Shown: positions 30,637 through 41,591 of the stretch, piece by piece
Layout of the letters: each line of letters starts with the position of its first letter
Position numbering within the stretch: position 1 is the stretch's first letter
Program-made: the position numbers and the translations under genes
Notes under the pieces: generated by a model
The model's input: only the letters and a program-made list of their open reading frames with translations
The model's database searches: none
Told to the model about the DNA's origin: nothing
Source: an uncultured Gammaproteobacteria bacterium
GTDB taxonomy: Bacteria > Pseudomonadota > Gammaproteobacteria > JACCXJ01
Reading direction: 5' to 3'
DNA length: 64,000 nt
Assembly (NCBI GenBank): GCA_963764725.1
Contig: CAVXTM010000018.1
Location: 651,630 to 715,629 of the forward strand

Positions 30637-32805
30637 CTATGCCGGCCGCTTCCCGTTCTCCTTCACGAGGTTCGCGATGACCCGTATCAGCTCCGCAGGC
30701 TCGACGGGCTTCGCCAGGTGCGCCTGAAAGCCCGCGCGTAGCGCGCGTACTCGGTCCTGGGGCTGTGCATAGGCCGTGAGCGCGATCGCCGGGATCTGCC
30801 CGGACAGCGGTATTCGGTGCTCCTTCTCCAAGGCCCGGAGTTTTCCGATCACCGCATAGCCGTCCAGCTCGGGCATCGCGATGTCGCAGACCAGGACGTG
30901 CGGCGGTGCGCTTTCGAGACTCTCGGCGAGCAATGCGAGCGCCTGGCGCCCCGAGCCCGCGGCGCTCACCTCGGCCCCGTGGCGCGCCAGCATCGTGGCC
31001 AGCGCCTCGCGCCCATCCTCCCGATCGTCCACCACCAGCAGCCGCACACCGGTGAGCAAGGGTGTCTTCACGCCGGAAGCTGCGGCCTCATCTTCTACCT
31101 TGCGTCCTTCCCCCATCGGCGCCGGTGGGACGGGCGAAGCCGGGAGGCGCACGGCGCGGAACGGCAGCTCAACGGTGATCGTCGTGCCCCGCCCGCGGCC
31201 GGGGCTCTCGGCGCGGACGCTCCCCCCATGCAACGCGACGAGCTCCCGCACCAGGGCCAGTCCCAGACCCAATCCACTATGTCGGCGCGTGCTCGATGTG
31301 TCCGACTGGCGGAAGCGCTCGAAGATGAAGGGGAGGATCTCGGGGTCGATCCCCGCACCCGTGTCGCTCACGACGATCCGACTGTGCGCTTCCACGCGCG
31401 CGATGTGCAAATGGACACGGCCCCCGCGGGGCGTGAACTTGATAGCATTGGAGAGCAGATTCCAGACGACCTGCTGTAGGCGCCCGGCGTCACCCGTGAT
31501 CGGTCCCGAATTCGCGTCGATGAGCGTGTAGATCTCGACCCCACGGGCCTCTGCGGCCGAGCGCACGACGTTCAGCGCCGCCTCGGCTACGGCCGCGGGA
31601 TCGAGGGCTTGGACCTCGAGCTGCAACTTGCCGCTGGTGATGCGGGCCGAGTCCAAGAGATCGTCGATCAGCCGCCGTTGCTGATCGACGCTACTCTTGA
31701 GGAATGCGGTGGCCCTTGCGAGGGTCGCGGCATCCGGCTCGGGTGTGGTCTCCAGGATGTGCAGCCAGACGACCATCGCGTTCAAGGGGTTGCGTAGCTC
31801 GTGCGAGACCAGGGCCAGGAAGTCGTCTTTCGCGCGATCGGCGGCCTCGGCCCGCTCGCGCAATCGATGCTCCTCGGCATGCAAGGCCTCACGCTCAATG
31901 TCGGCCTCCTTGCGCTGGGTGATGTCCCACGCCAGACCGATCCCGTAGAGAGGCTCACCGTGCTCATCCCGATAGACCCTGCCCCGGTCCGCCAGCCAGC
32001 GCACCGTTGCATCCGGCCGGATAATGCGAAACTCCTCCACATAATCCGTGTCTTCTCGCGCCGCGCGGGCCACTGTCTCTGCTACGCGCTCGCGATCGTC
32101 GGGATGGACGGCGCTCAAAAACTGTTCATAGTTGGCGAATGAGGACCCGGAGGGCAGACCGCACAGCGCCCCGAGGTGATCGCTATAGATCGTCATCCCG
32201 GTTTCGAAGTCGCGGTAATAATAGCCCATGTGCGCGGTGGTCATAGCCAGGCGAAGCCGTTCCTGGCTCTCCTTGAGCCCCTCCTCGGCCTGGCGGGACT
32301 TCAACATCTCTGCCTGCAACGCCGCGTTCGCCTGCTCCAGCTCGGTGGTCCGTTCCTGCACCCGGCGCTCGAGACGCTGGTTGAAATTCGCCAGTGCCTC
32401 CCGGTCCCGCTTGCGCTCGAGGGTGTAGCGCATCGCGCGCTCCAGGGCCGCGGCGTCGATCCGGTCCTTCAAGAGGTAGTCGGCCGCGCCCGCCCGCATG
32501 GCCTCGACGTCGACCTCGAAGGCGCTGTACCCGGTCAGCACGATGAAGGGGATCCCGTAGTCCTCGGCCGCCGCCCGGCGCAGGAGGTCGACCCCGTTGC
32601 ACTCGCCGAGCCGGTAGTCGAGCAGACACACGTCGTGCGCACGGCGCGCCAGTGCGCTAAGACCGGTCTCATAGCTCGGCGCCCAGTCGAGCTCGATCCG
32701 ATACGCCGACACCTCGGCGAGCAGCTCGCGGGTGAGACGATAGTCGTCCTCGTCGTCCTCGACGAGCAGCACCCGGATCAGGGGCGCTTGCGCCTCAGCC
32801 TGCAT
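30637..32805 (-). CDS. Hybrid histidine kinase (REC-PAS-HisKA-HATPase-REC)
   Basis: LLVEDD/LLDY, VHPDD, SHELRNPL, NAIKFT, GLGLGL, CDIAMP. Confidence 0.92.
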   Translation of the reverse strand: MQAEAQAPLIRVLLVEDDEDDYRLTRELLAEVSAYRIELDWAPSYETGLSALARRAHDVCLLDYRLGECNGVDLLRRAAAEDYGIPFIVLTGYSAFEVDVEAMRAGAADYLLKDRIDAAALERAMRYTLERKRDREALANFNQRLERRVQERTTELEQANAALQAEMLKSRQAEEGLKESQERLRLAMTTAHMGYYYRDFETGMTIYSDHLGALCGLPSGSSFANYEQFLSAVHPDDRERVAETVARAAREDTDYVEEFRIIRPDATVRWLADRGRVYRDEHGEPLYGIGLAWDITQRKEADIEREALHAEEHRLRERAEAADRAKDDFLALVSHELRNPLNAMVVWLHILETTPEPDAATLARATAFLKSSVDQQRRLIDDLLDSARITSGKLQLEVQALDPAAVAEAALNVVRSAAEARGVEIYTLIDANSGPITGDAGRLQQVVWNLLSNAIKFTPRGGRVHLHIARVEAHSRIVVSDTGAGIDPEILPFIFERFRQSDTSSTRRHSGLGLGLALVRELVALHGGSVRAESPGRGRGTTITVELPFRAVRLPASPVPPAPMGEGRKVEDEAAASGVKTPLLTGVRLLVVDDREDGREALATMLARHGAEVSAAGSGRQALALLAESLESAPPHVLVCDIAMPELDGYAVIGKLRALEKEHRIPLSGQIPAIALTAYAQPQDRVRALRAGFQAHLAKPVEPAELIRVIANLVKENGKRPA

Positions 32806-33256
32806 TCGGATCTCCCGGCAGCTCGACGATATCGAGCCAGTACCTCCCCAGGGTCCTGATGACCTTGACCAGGGCCTCGAAGGTTACGGGCTTCTGAATA
32901 TACGAAGCCGCGCCGAGGTCATAGCTGCGGTAGATGTCCTCCTCCTCCTTCGAAGTGGTGAGGACGACGATGCGGATGTGCTTGAGATTCGGGTCCGCCT
33001 TGATCTCCGCGAGCGCCTCCCGCCCGTCTTTTTTGGGCATGTTGAGATCGAGGAGGATCAAGCCCGGGCGCGGGGCCGCCGCGGGATCGCTGTATTGACC
33101 CCGGTGATGGAGATAATCCATCAACTCGGCCCCATCTTCGACGAAGCGCAGGTCGTTGCGCAGGTGCGCGTCGCCGAAGGCCTCCTGGGTCATCACACGG
33201 TCGTCCTTATCGTCGTCGGCCATGAGTATCGTGACGGATTTCCCCTGTGGTCTCAT
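32795..33256 (-). CDS. Single-domain response regulator (Rcp1-like)
   Basis: ADDD, LLDLNMP, LTTS, YIQKP. Confidence 0.92.
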   Translation of the reverse strand: MRPQGKSVTILMADDDKDDRVMTQEAFGDAHLRNDLRFVEDGAELMDYLHHRGQYSDPAAAPRPGLILLDLNMPKKDGREALAEIKADPNLKHIRIVVLTTSKEEEDIYRSYDLGAASYIQKPVTFEALVKVIRTLGRYWLDIVELPGDPNAG

Positions 33257-34770
33257 GTCGGGTTCTCCTGCTGTGTGACTGCTAAGGTGACGATGACGGT
33301 GGTCCCCTGCCCGGGGGTACTGTGCGCGCTGATAGTGCCGCCGTGGCGCGCGACGATCTTGCGGCAGATAGCGAGCCCCATACCCGTGCCCTCGTACTCA
33401 TCGTGGCCGTGCAGGCGCTGGAACAGCTCGAAGATGCGCTCGCTATAGACCTCCTCGAAGCCAATGCCGTTGTCCTGCACCTGGATTTCACACTGGCGAG
33501 GGCCGAGTGCGGGGCTCTCGGCGGGCGGGTCACCGGTGTCGAGCAGCCTTGCCTCGATCCGCACCACGGGCGGCTCACCCTGGCGATGGAACTTGAGCCC
33601 GTTACCGATGAGATTCTGCAGCAACTGGCGCATCTGCAGCGGTTCCGCCTCGATGGTGGGAAGCGCTCCGACTTCCACCCGCCCGCCCGTAGCAAACATA
33701 CGCCCCTCCAGATCGGACACCACCTCTTGCGCGACCTCGGCGAGGTCGACCGGCACGAAGGGTCGGGCCTTGGTCGTCACCCGCGAGAAGCTTAAGAGGT
33801 CGTTGATGAGTTGGCGCATGCGCGCCGCGGCGGCGAGCATGCGCGCGAGGTAATCGCGCCCCGGTTCGTCCAGGGCCTGATCATACTTGGTCTTCAGCCG
33901 GCTGCCAAAGGCCTCGATCTTGCGCAGCGGCTCCTGGAGATCGTGGGAGGCGACGGCGGCGAAGTCCTGCAGCTCGCGGTTCGAGGCGTTCAGATCCGCC
34001 GTGCGACGCCTGAGCGTGCTGGCCATGGTGTGAAAGGCCTGGTCCACCCGGCCGATCTCGTCCTCGCCGCCGAGCGCCGAGAGCGGCGCCTCGCCCTCGG
34101 CCAGCCGCTTTGTGTTTTGCATCACGGCATCAAGACGCCGGCTGATCCCCCGGCTAAAGGCATAGGTTAGCCCCAGGGCGAGGACGAGGCTCGCTGCGGC
34201 CCCCGTGCCCAGCCACCAGTCCTCCTGCCGCCACCGTTCTTCCACCGCGGCATCGCGTGCGGCGTCCAGGTCGTGCTGCCGCTGCAAAAAAGTATCCATC
34301 TCCTGTCGCAGATCGGTCATGCGTTCCTGGCCGGTGAGGGCCTTGATCGCGGCGACTGCCTGCTCCGGCTTTCCGGCTTGAATGAAAGCGGTCAATTCGC
34401 CGAGGTAGCCGAGCAGCGCGGTCGCGTCATTGGCTATCCGGGTGATGCGCAACCGTTGTCCCGGGTCGTAGACCCGGGCTTGCAACGCTGCTATCTTTTG
34501 GGGCACAACCCGGACGGCCTCCTCATAGGTCTGAGCGAAGGCAGGATCGCCGGTAATCACGAACCCGCGCGTATCGTTATGGGCCTCGATCAGCAGGCGG
34601 TGGGTGTGCTCGATCTCGCTAATGACCTTTTTGGTACCGGAGAGCCAACGGTGGTCCTCCTGCCCTTCCTCGCGGATGTGGAAGACGAGGCCGATGAACG
34701 CCCATTGCAAAAGTAAGGGGATCGTTATGAGGATCACCCCCTTCTTGAACATTGACAGATTGGCGCCCAT
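33253..34770 (-). CDS. CHASE3-HAMP sensor histidine kinase
   Basis: RGFVITGD CHASE3 motif between two TMs, DEIG, SHDLQEPLRKI, GTGMGL; start uncertain. Confidence 0.88.
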   Translation of the reverse strand: MGANLSMFKKGVILITIPLLLQWAFIGLVFHIREEGQEDHRWLSGTKKVISEIEHTHRLLIEAHNDTRGFVITGDPAFAQTYEEAVRVVPQKIAALQARVYDPGQRLRITRIANDATALLGYLGELTAFIQAGKPEQAVAAIKALTGQERMTDLRQEMDTFLQRQHDLDAARDAAVEERWRQEDWWLGTGAAASLVLALGLTYAFSRGISRRLDAVMQNTKRLAEGEAPLSALGGEDEIGRVDQAFHTMASTLRRRTADLNASNRELQDFAAVASHDLQEPLRKIEAFGSRLKTKYDQALDEPGRDYLARMLAAAARMRQLINDLLSFSRVTTKARPFVPVDLAEVAQEVVSDLEGRMFATGGRVEVGALPTIEAEPLQMRQLLQNLIGNGLKFHRQGEPPVVRIEARLLDTGDPPAESPALGPRQCEIQVQDNGIGFEEVYSERIFELFQRLHGHDEYEGTGMGLAICRKIVARHGGTISAHSTPGQGTTVIVTLAVTQQENPT

Positions 34771-35047
34771 CAGTCGCCTGCTCGCTTCTCGGCGGCTTGC
34801 CTGTGGGTTCGCGCCGGGGCGCCCGAGAGTGCCGCGTAGCGGTCCATTCGCGTCATCGCAAGAGATCCGATCACGATCCTCATCGCGCGTACTGGATACC
34901 ATCGATCGCCTCATGAAATCAAGCGAGGGGCGCGCCTTGCCAGTTATCGATCCGGCTTGATCCGGCGTCGCAACCGTGGTACTCACATGATTGCTTCTCC
35001 ACTGATCTTTTCGTCTACTTGCGCCAACCTACCGAAGGAGGTGTGTC

Positions 35048-35176
35048 ATGTACCTGGACCCGGCTGCTCTTATCGCCATTATTGCAGGCATTTTGATCCT
35101 CGTGCGTCCCGCTTTGTTGAATTACATCGTCGCCGTCTATCTCATCATCATCGGAGTTCTGGGGCTAATGCGCTAG
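35048..35176 (+). CDS. DUF3096 small membrane protein (42 aa)
   Basis: AAGGAGG RBS; IAGILILVRPALLNYIVAVYLIIIG. Confidence 0.8.
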   Translation: MYLDPAALIAIIAGILILVRPALLNYIVAVYLIIIGVLGLMR

Positions 35177-35691
35177 AAGCGTAACCCCGCGCCTTGGTCT
35201 CGTCCCTGAGGCGCCTGGGTTGAACACGAGCGGATCGTGCGTTTCACTGTGTCCTTCGGAGTGCTGGACGCATCGAAAATGGAAATGTGCTTCCCCGCTC
35301 CATCAGGGCAGCCTGATCGAGATCAAGTTGCATGCCGGAACCGGCGAGACAACTATTGTCCCTATTTTTTGATGCAATAGCCCGGCGGCTGAATCGAACA
35401 ACGGACTTGGCAACCAGGCTACTCAGGAGTTTCTTACCGTTTCGCACCGTAAGAATTACGGACGATAGCAAGGAGAGCCGTCAGGTCGTCGGCACGCTGC
35501 TCTTCGACCGGCTACCTCTTGTAAGACCTACAGGGGTACGTGTAATTATTACCGATCTCAGCACCTCGTGGCATCGTGGAACTAACTGAATGTAAGCCGA
35601 TATTGGTCCAGGACCCGGTATGGCGCGGATATTGACGCACCTTCCATAACTGAGAACCGATAGTCAGCCAATCTTTCACTAGGCTACCGAC

Positions 35692-36153
35692 ATGAATTGG
35701 GACGAGACCACCGATAAACTCTTGAAAAGGGAATGCGCAGCCGTGGAAACGTATCAACAGGTGTTGCGCAAAGAGGGGCAAGAATCGGGGCGGCGGGGGG
35801 AGTTTCAAGAGTTAGTCACCATCCTTAGAGACCATGAGTGGGCCGTCTCGCAGCTCGAGGGTCGGATCCAGCAGCCGGAACGCAGTGCCGCCCAAAACTT
35901 CGGGGGATGGAGTACCTGGTCCAAGGTCGTCATGGGAGCAGCAACCATCTTCGGCGATCGGATAGTGCTCAGGGCCTTGAAAGCAGGTGAGGAATCCGGC
36001 TTTAAGCGCTATCAAGAGGTACTGGAGCCTACCGCCACGCCAGCGGAGCTGAAGCCCCTGTTCCTGGACCTGCTCGCGGAGCAGCAAGCGCATATACGTA
36101 TATTGGACGGACTCCTGTCCAAGACTGGGTATTCGACTAGCAGCTCAAGATAA
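35692..36153 (+). CDS. DUF2383-like ferritin-fold protein
   Basis: E.AAVETY, DH, W.TW, LKAGEESG...Y, QQAH. Confidence 0.75.
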   Translation: MNWDETTDKLLKRECAAVETYQQVLRKEGQESGRRGEFQELVTILRDHEWAVSQLEGRIQQPERSAAQNFGGWSTWSKVVMGAATIFGDRIVLRALKAGEESGFKRYQEVLEPTATPAELKPLFLDLLAEQQAHIRILDGLLSKTGYSTSSSR

Positions 36154-36400
36154 TCCCGTGGCACCACGGCGTCCCCAACCAGAAACGGGAGCCTGTGTCG
36201 CTTAGCGCTCCGGAGCAAGGGCACCAGGTCCGGCCCTACGGCGTCATCGAGCTTGCTGGCCCGGGTCCACCTTCTATTTTCGAAGTTCCGCCTGATCGAA
36301 TCTCTCACATAGCGGTGAGAGATGGTTGACTTCCCCCCCCTCCGGCGACCTAAAATCATATTTCCTTGTTTCTACGATCCCGTCCTGCAGCGAATCAGCC

Positions 36401-39400
36401 ATGAAGCGCGCCAAGCGACGAAGCCAGTCCTCCACTGCCCGGACGTCATCCACCTCACCAGCCGATAGGGCCCACGAGAAACAGTCGGAAGTGGCTCTGA
36501 TGAGCCACTCTCCTAAGAATACCCAGGGCGGCGAGATGGGTAAGCTCATCCGCGAGCACAACTGGTCGGCAACGCCGCTCGGTCCCGTGGAGACGTGGCC
36601 GCAGAGTCTCAGGAGCGCGGTCAGCATCCTGCTGCCTTCGAAGGCGCAGATCGTCCTCTTCTGGGGTCCCGAGCTCATCACGATCTACAACGACGCCTAT
36701 GCGCCGACGTTTGGCGCGAAGCATCCGTGGGCACTCGGTCGTCCTGCGCGCGATTGCTGGAGCGAGGTGTGGCACGTCATCGGACCGCTGTTCGATGGCG
36801 TAGTCAGGACGGGTGAGGCATTCTGGGCGAAGGACCATCCCTTCTTTCTCCGCCGGCAGGGGTTCCTCGAAGAGACGTTCTTCGACGTCTCGTACGATCC
36901 GGTCCGCATCGAGGGCGGCGGCGTCGGTGGAATCTTCTGCATCGTCAGCGAGCAGACGGGGCGCGTTCTCGGCGAACGCCGCCTCCGCACGCTAAGAGAG
37001 CTCGGCACAAGGACGGCGGACGCGAAGGACGCCGAGGATGTCTTCCGGGAGGCGGCGGCCGCTCTGGCGATGAATCCCGCCGACATTCCTTTCTCGCTGC
37101 TGTACCTGTTCGATGGCCCGGGGCTCCGCGCGGAAATCGTCGGGGTCGTCGGCATCGAGCTCGACGATCTCGCCTCCAGACACATCGCGGTCAGCGACGT
37201 CGAGGCCCTCGCATCCACGCGCAACGGCCGGGCCGCCGACGTCGGGACCAGGGTCTTCGTCATCCAGGCGCCGGAGACCGCGGCCGAGCGGGCGCTGGTG
37301 CTGCCGATCTCGTCGGGAACGCAGACTGTGGGCGCGCTGATCGCCGGCGTGAGCCGGTTTCTCCGTCTGGCCGGCGACTACCGCGACTTTTTCGACCTTG
37401 CCGCCGCGCGCATCTCGGCGGCGATCACGAATGCGCGCGCGTACGAGACCGAGCGCAGAAGGGCGGAGGCGCTGGCCGAGTTGGACCGCGCCAAGACCGC
37501 CTTCTTCAGCAATGTCAGCCACGAGTTCCGAACGCCGCTGACACTGATGCTTGGACCGATCGAGGACCTCAAAGCCCAGTTTGGCCGGTCCGATTCGGCG
37601 ATCTCGATGGTGCAGTATCAGCAGATCGACCTGATGCATCGCAACAGTCTCCGCCTGCTCAAGCTGGTCAACACCCTGCTCGATTTTTCCCGCATCGAGG
37701 CCGGGCGGGTCCAAGCCATCTACGAAGAGACCAATCTGGCCGCTCTCACTGCCGAGCTTGCCAGCGTGTTCCGTTCTGCCATCGAAAAGGCCGGACTGAA
37801 ACTCATCGTCGATTGCGAGACTTTGCCCGAGCCGACCTACGTGGCTCCCGAGATGTGGGAGAAGATCATCCTGAATCTCCTTTCGAACGCCTTGAAGTTC
37901 ACTTTTCAAGGCGAGATCGAAGTCAAGCTCCGACAAACGGGAAAGCACGTGGAACTTGCCGTTCGCGACACGGGCACGGGCATTCCTGAAGACCAACTCC
38001 CGAAGATCTTTGAACGCTTTCATCGTGTCCCCGGCGCGCAAGGCCGCACCCACGAAGGCACCGGCATCGGCTTGGCGCTCGTTCAAGAATTAGCGAAGCT
38101 CCACGGTGGTTCGGTCTCAGTTGAAAGCACCTATGGCAAAGGAAGCACCTTCCGCGTGTTCATCCCCCTGGGCAAAGGTTATCTTCCCCATAAGCAGATT
38201 GGTGCGCCACGCACACCGAGCACGACTGCGTTGGTCGCCGCTCCATTTGTTGAAGAAGCCCTTCACTGGTTGTCAGATGAGTCAGTCGTCAGTAGCCAGT
38301 TGTCAGACCTTCCGCCCGTCAACACAACCACCGGCTATGGACCAGTGAGCACTGACAAGGCCCGAATTCTCCTAGCCGACGACAACGCCGACATGCGCGG
38401 GTACGTGCGACGCCTGCTTTCGAGTCAAGGCTACGAAGTCGAAGCGGTCGCGGATGGCGAGGCAGCGCTGCACGCGGCTCGCGCCCATCCGCCCCGTTTA
38501 GTGCTCGCGGACGTGATGATGCCCAAGCTGGATGGGCTTGGCCTTGTGCGCGAACTGCGGAATGACCCACAAACGCGTGGCGTTCCCATCATTCTCGTTT
38601 CTGCCCGGGCGGGAGAAGAATCGCGTGTGGACGGGTTCGGAAAAGGCGCTGACGACTATCTCATTAAACCATTCGGCGCCCGTGAGTTACTGGCGCGCGT
38701 GTCAGCTCGTCTGGAACTTGCTCGGGTGCGGGGACTGGCCGAACAGGAATTGCGGCAGGCACGTGATTACGCCGAAGCCATTATTCACACCGCGCGCGCC
38801 CCGCTGGTGGTTTTGGAGGCCGACTTGCGCGTCCACAAAGCCAATGAGGCGTTCTATCAAACATTCAACGTCTCTCCGGCGGAAACCGAGGGCCGCTTGA
38901 TTTATGAATTAGGCGACGGCCAATGGAACATTCCCCGGCTGCGTGAACTGCTGAAAGACGTCGTCCCTCGAACCCGTGTCTTCGACGACTTCGAGGTCAC
39001 GCACGACTTTGCAACCATCGGCCGCCGCGTCATGCTGCTCAACGCCCGCAAGCTGAGCGCTATCGACGGCGCCCCCGCGAGAGCTCTCCTGGGTATCCAG
39101 GACATCACCGAAGTCTTACAGTTCCAGGATGCGGCGCGCAAAAACCAGATCCGTTATCAGGCACTTGTCGAAGCCTCCGCGCAAATTGTCTGGACGACTG
39201 ATGCCACCGGTGCGGTGGTAAACGATTCGCCTTCGTGGCGGGCATTCACCGGCCAAACGTACGAGCAATGGAAAGGCCTAGGCTGGCTCGACGCGCTCCA
39301 TCCTGAAGACCGTGAGCGCATAAGTCACCTATGGCAGCGGGCAGTCGCGGAACGCACCCCAGTGGAAACCGAATATCGCCTCCGACACGTCAGCGGTGAA

Positions 39401-41014
39401 TGGCGCTGGATGGCGGTACGAGCCGTGCCTGTGTTGTACCCCGACGGCTCAGTGCGCGAATGGGTTGGGATGAACAACGACATTACCGAGCGCAAAGAGG
39501 CCGAGCAGAAAATCCGCGCCAGCGAATCTCGCTTCCGGGGCATCGTGCAGCAAACCAACGCGGGCATTGCCCAGACCGACCTGACGGGCCGTTTTGTGCT
39601 GGTAAACAAACGCTACCGCGAAATCGTCGGCCGTTCTCGCCAGCAGCTATTGCAACTGCGGATGCAAGATATCACCCACCCGGATGATCTGCCGAGGAAC
39701 ATCGAGCAGTTCTCCCGAATGGTGTCAGGCGATGGACCAGATTTCATTGTCGAAAAGCGTTACATTCGTCCTGATGGTTCGTTCGTGTGGGTCAACAACT
39801 CCGTTTCCTTGATTCGGGATTCCGGAAGCAAACCGCAATACGTGCTGGCCGCGTGCATCGACGTGACCGAGCGCAAGCGGGCGGAGGAAGCGTTGAAGGA
39901 CGCCGACCGTCGCAAGGACGAGTTTCTCGGGATGCTTGCACATGAACTGCGGACCCCGTTATCGGCGATCTCGAACGTGGCCGAGATCCTGTGGCAGCAG
40001 CGCACGTCCGATCGTGAGACTACGCGACTCCAGTCAATGCTCACTCGCCAAACCCGGACCCTGACCCGCATGGTCGAGGATTTGCTGGATATCTCGCGCA
40101 TCACCTCCGGCAAGATTCGCCTTGAAAAGGAACTGATTGCGCTCAACCCCGTGATCAGTCGCGCGGTCGAGAGCACACGCTCCTTGATGGAGAGTCGCCT
40201 GCACAAGCTCATCGTATCCGAACCGGATGCTCCCCTGCGGATCGAGGCGGATGCGACGCGGTTGGAGCAGATTCTGGTGAATCTCTTGAGCAACGCGGCC
40301 AAGTATACAGACCCAGGCGGTCGCATTCACCTGATTGCCAAGCAAGAGAATGGAGGGGTGTGCCTGATGGTGCGGGACAACGGCATCGGGATTTCCGCCG
40401 AGATGCTGTCGCGTGTTTTCGAGATGTTTACGCAGGTCGACCAGTCTCTCGAACGCACACAGCATGGACTCGGAATTGGGCTCGCCCTCGTCCGACGCCT
40501 CGTCGAGATGCATGGTGGGACTGTCCAAGCCACCAGCACCGGCGTGGGCCAGGGCAGCGAGTTTATCGTGCGGTTACCCTTGAGAACGATGCCGCAGCAG
40601 GACCGGGGCGCAATAAAGGCCGCGCCAGTGCAGTCGGCGATTGGACCGGCACGTCGCATCCTCGTCGTGGAGGACAACCAGGACGCTGCGGAAAGCCTCG
40701 CGACCCTGATTGAGCTGATAGGCCACGAGGTTCGTTGCGTCCATGACGGCGCGAGCGCCCTTGAAACCGCAGCCGCATTTCGTCCCAATGTGGTGCTGCT
40801 GGATATCGGGTTGCCCGACATAAATGGGTACGAGGTGGCGCGTCACTTACGACAGCAGCCTGGACTCGAACGGATCGCGATCGCAGCGCTGACGGGATGG
40901 GGTCAGGAAGAAGATCGACTTCGTGCTCGCACCGCCGGGTTCGACCATCACTTCGTCAAGCCTATCGATGCGGACGTCCTTCGCACTTGGCTCGCCTCTC
41001 TCAATCCCGCTTGA
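36401..41014 (+). CDS. Large hybrid kinase with two HisKA-HATPase modules, two REC, GAF and several PAS domains
   Basis: SHEFRTPL and AHELRTPL H-boxes, two G-boxes, ADVMMP and LDIGLP receivers, HPED/HPDD PAS; start uncertain. Confidence 0.92.
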   Translation: MKRAKRRSQSSTARTSSTSPADRAHEKQSEVALMSHSPKNTQGGEMGKLIREHNWSATPLGPVETWPQSLRSAVSILLPSKAQIVLFWGPELITIYNDAYAPTFGAKHPWALGRPARDCWSEVWHVIGPLFDGVVRTGEAFWAKDHPFFLRRQGFLEETFFDVSYDPVRIEGGGVGGIFCIVSEQTGRVLGERRLRTLRELGTRTADAKDAEDVFREAAAALAMNPADIPFSLLYLFDGPGLRAEIVGVVGIELDDLASRHIAVSDVEALASTRNGRAADVGTRVFVIQAPETAAERALVLPISSGTQTVGALIAGVSRFLRLAGDYRDFFDLAAARISAAITNARAYETERRRAEALAELDRAKTAFFSNVSHEFRTPLTLMLGPIEDLKAQFGRSDSAISMVQYQQIDLMHRNSLRLLKLVNTLLDFSRIEAGRVQAIYEETNLAALTAELASVFRSAIEKAGLKLIVDCETLPEPTYVAPEMWEKIILNLLSNALKFTFQGEIEVKLRQTGKHVELAVRDTGTGIPEDQLPKIFERFHRVPGAQGRTHEGTGIGLALVQELAKLHGGSVSVESTYGKGSTFRVFIPLGKGYLPHKQIGAPRTPSTTALVAAPFVEEALHWLSDESVVSSQLSDLPPVNTTTGYGPVSTDKARILLADDNADMRGYVRRLLSSQGYEVEAVADGEAALHAARAHPPRLVLADVMMPKLDGLGLVRELRNDPQTRGVPIILVSARAGEESRVDGFGKGADDYLIKPFGARELLARVSARLELARVRGLAEQELRQARDYAEAIIHTARAPLVVLEADLRVHKANEAFYQTFNVSPAETEGRLIYELGDGQWNIPRLRELLKDVVPRTRVFDDFEVTHDFATIGRRVMLLNARKLSAIDGAPARALLGIQDITEVLQFQDAARKNQIRYQALVEASAQIVWTTDATGAVVNDSPSWRAFTGQTYEQWKGLGWLDALHPEDRERISHLWQRAVAERTPVETEYRLRHVSGEWRWMAVRAVPVLYPDGSVREWVGMNNDITERKEAEQKIRASESRFRGIVQQTNAGIAQTDLTGRFVLVNKRYREIVGRSRQQLLQLRMQDITHPDDLPRNIEQFSRMVSGDGPDFIVEKRYIRPDGSFVWVNNSVSLIRDSGSKPQYVLAACIDVTERKRAEEALKDADRRKDEFLGMLAHELRTPLSAISNVAEILWQQRTSDRETTRLQSMLTRQTRTLTRMVEDLLDISRITSGKIRLEKELIALNPVISRAVESTRSLMESRLHKLIVSEPDAPLRIEADATRLEQILVNLLSNAAKYTDPGGRIHLIAKQENGGVCLMVRDNGIGISAEMLSRVFEMFTQVDQSLERTQHGLGIGLALVRRLVEMHGGTVQATSTGVGQGSEFIVRLPLRTMPQQDRGAIKAAPVQSAIGPARRILVVEDNQDAAESLATLIELIGHEVRCVHDGASALETAAAFRPNVVLLDIGLPDINGYEVARHLRQQPGLERIAIAALTGWGQEEDRLRARTAGFDHHFVKPIDADVLRTWLASLNPA

Positions 41015-41087
41015 AGCTAGCCGTCATCCTCAACCTTTCAAGATCAACACGACCGCTGCGGCTTTGCGCTTGCGAGCCGGGCAACGT

Positions 41088-41591
41088 TCAAACCCGCTTA
41101 CGCTTGCTCAGCCGTTTGCGATTGGCCACGGCACGTGCATGCACCGGCTTTAAGCCCTTGCGTGCGCATTGCACAAGGCTCGAGCCGACCTTGCGTGATC
41201 CGGCGGCGGCCCGGCTGACCGCCGCACTGCTCCGTGGCAGCATGTTTCGCCGGCCCACGGCAATCATCGCTTGCAGACCGGCCAGCATTTGACGAGTGGC
41301 TATTTCGGCACCACGCACCTGCAGACTCCAAAGGGCGGGAGCCATGGCAGCCGCCGATTCCGCCGCGGCTTCGAATTTCTCCTCCACCATGCGCGTGAAC
41401 TCGCGCCGATCGCGGGCCGAGGGCTTGGTCGCGGCGCGGGCCAAGCGGTCCGCTCGATGGCCCATCACGTAGGCAGAAGCCCCAAGCATCTCCCCGGTCT
41501 TCACAGCAAGATCGAACCACGGCGCCCAAGCAAAGGGCCGCGCCCTGCAGGTATAAGCAAGCCCCGAGATCTTGTTACCACCCTTCTTCAA
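41088..41591 (-). CDS. Hypothetical protein, PHA granule-associated phasin-like
   Basis: DRREFTRMVEEK and GLKPVHARAVANRKRL motifs. Confidence 0.55.
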   Translation of the reverse strand: MKKGGNKISGLAYTCRARPFAWAPWFDLAVKTGEMLGASAYVMGHRADRLARAATKPSARDRREFTRMVEEKFEAAAESAAAMAPALWSLQVRGAEIATRQMLAGLQAMIAVGRRNMLPRSSAAVSRAAAGSRKVGSSLVQCARKGLKPVHARAVANRKRLSKRKRV

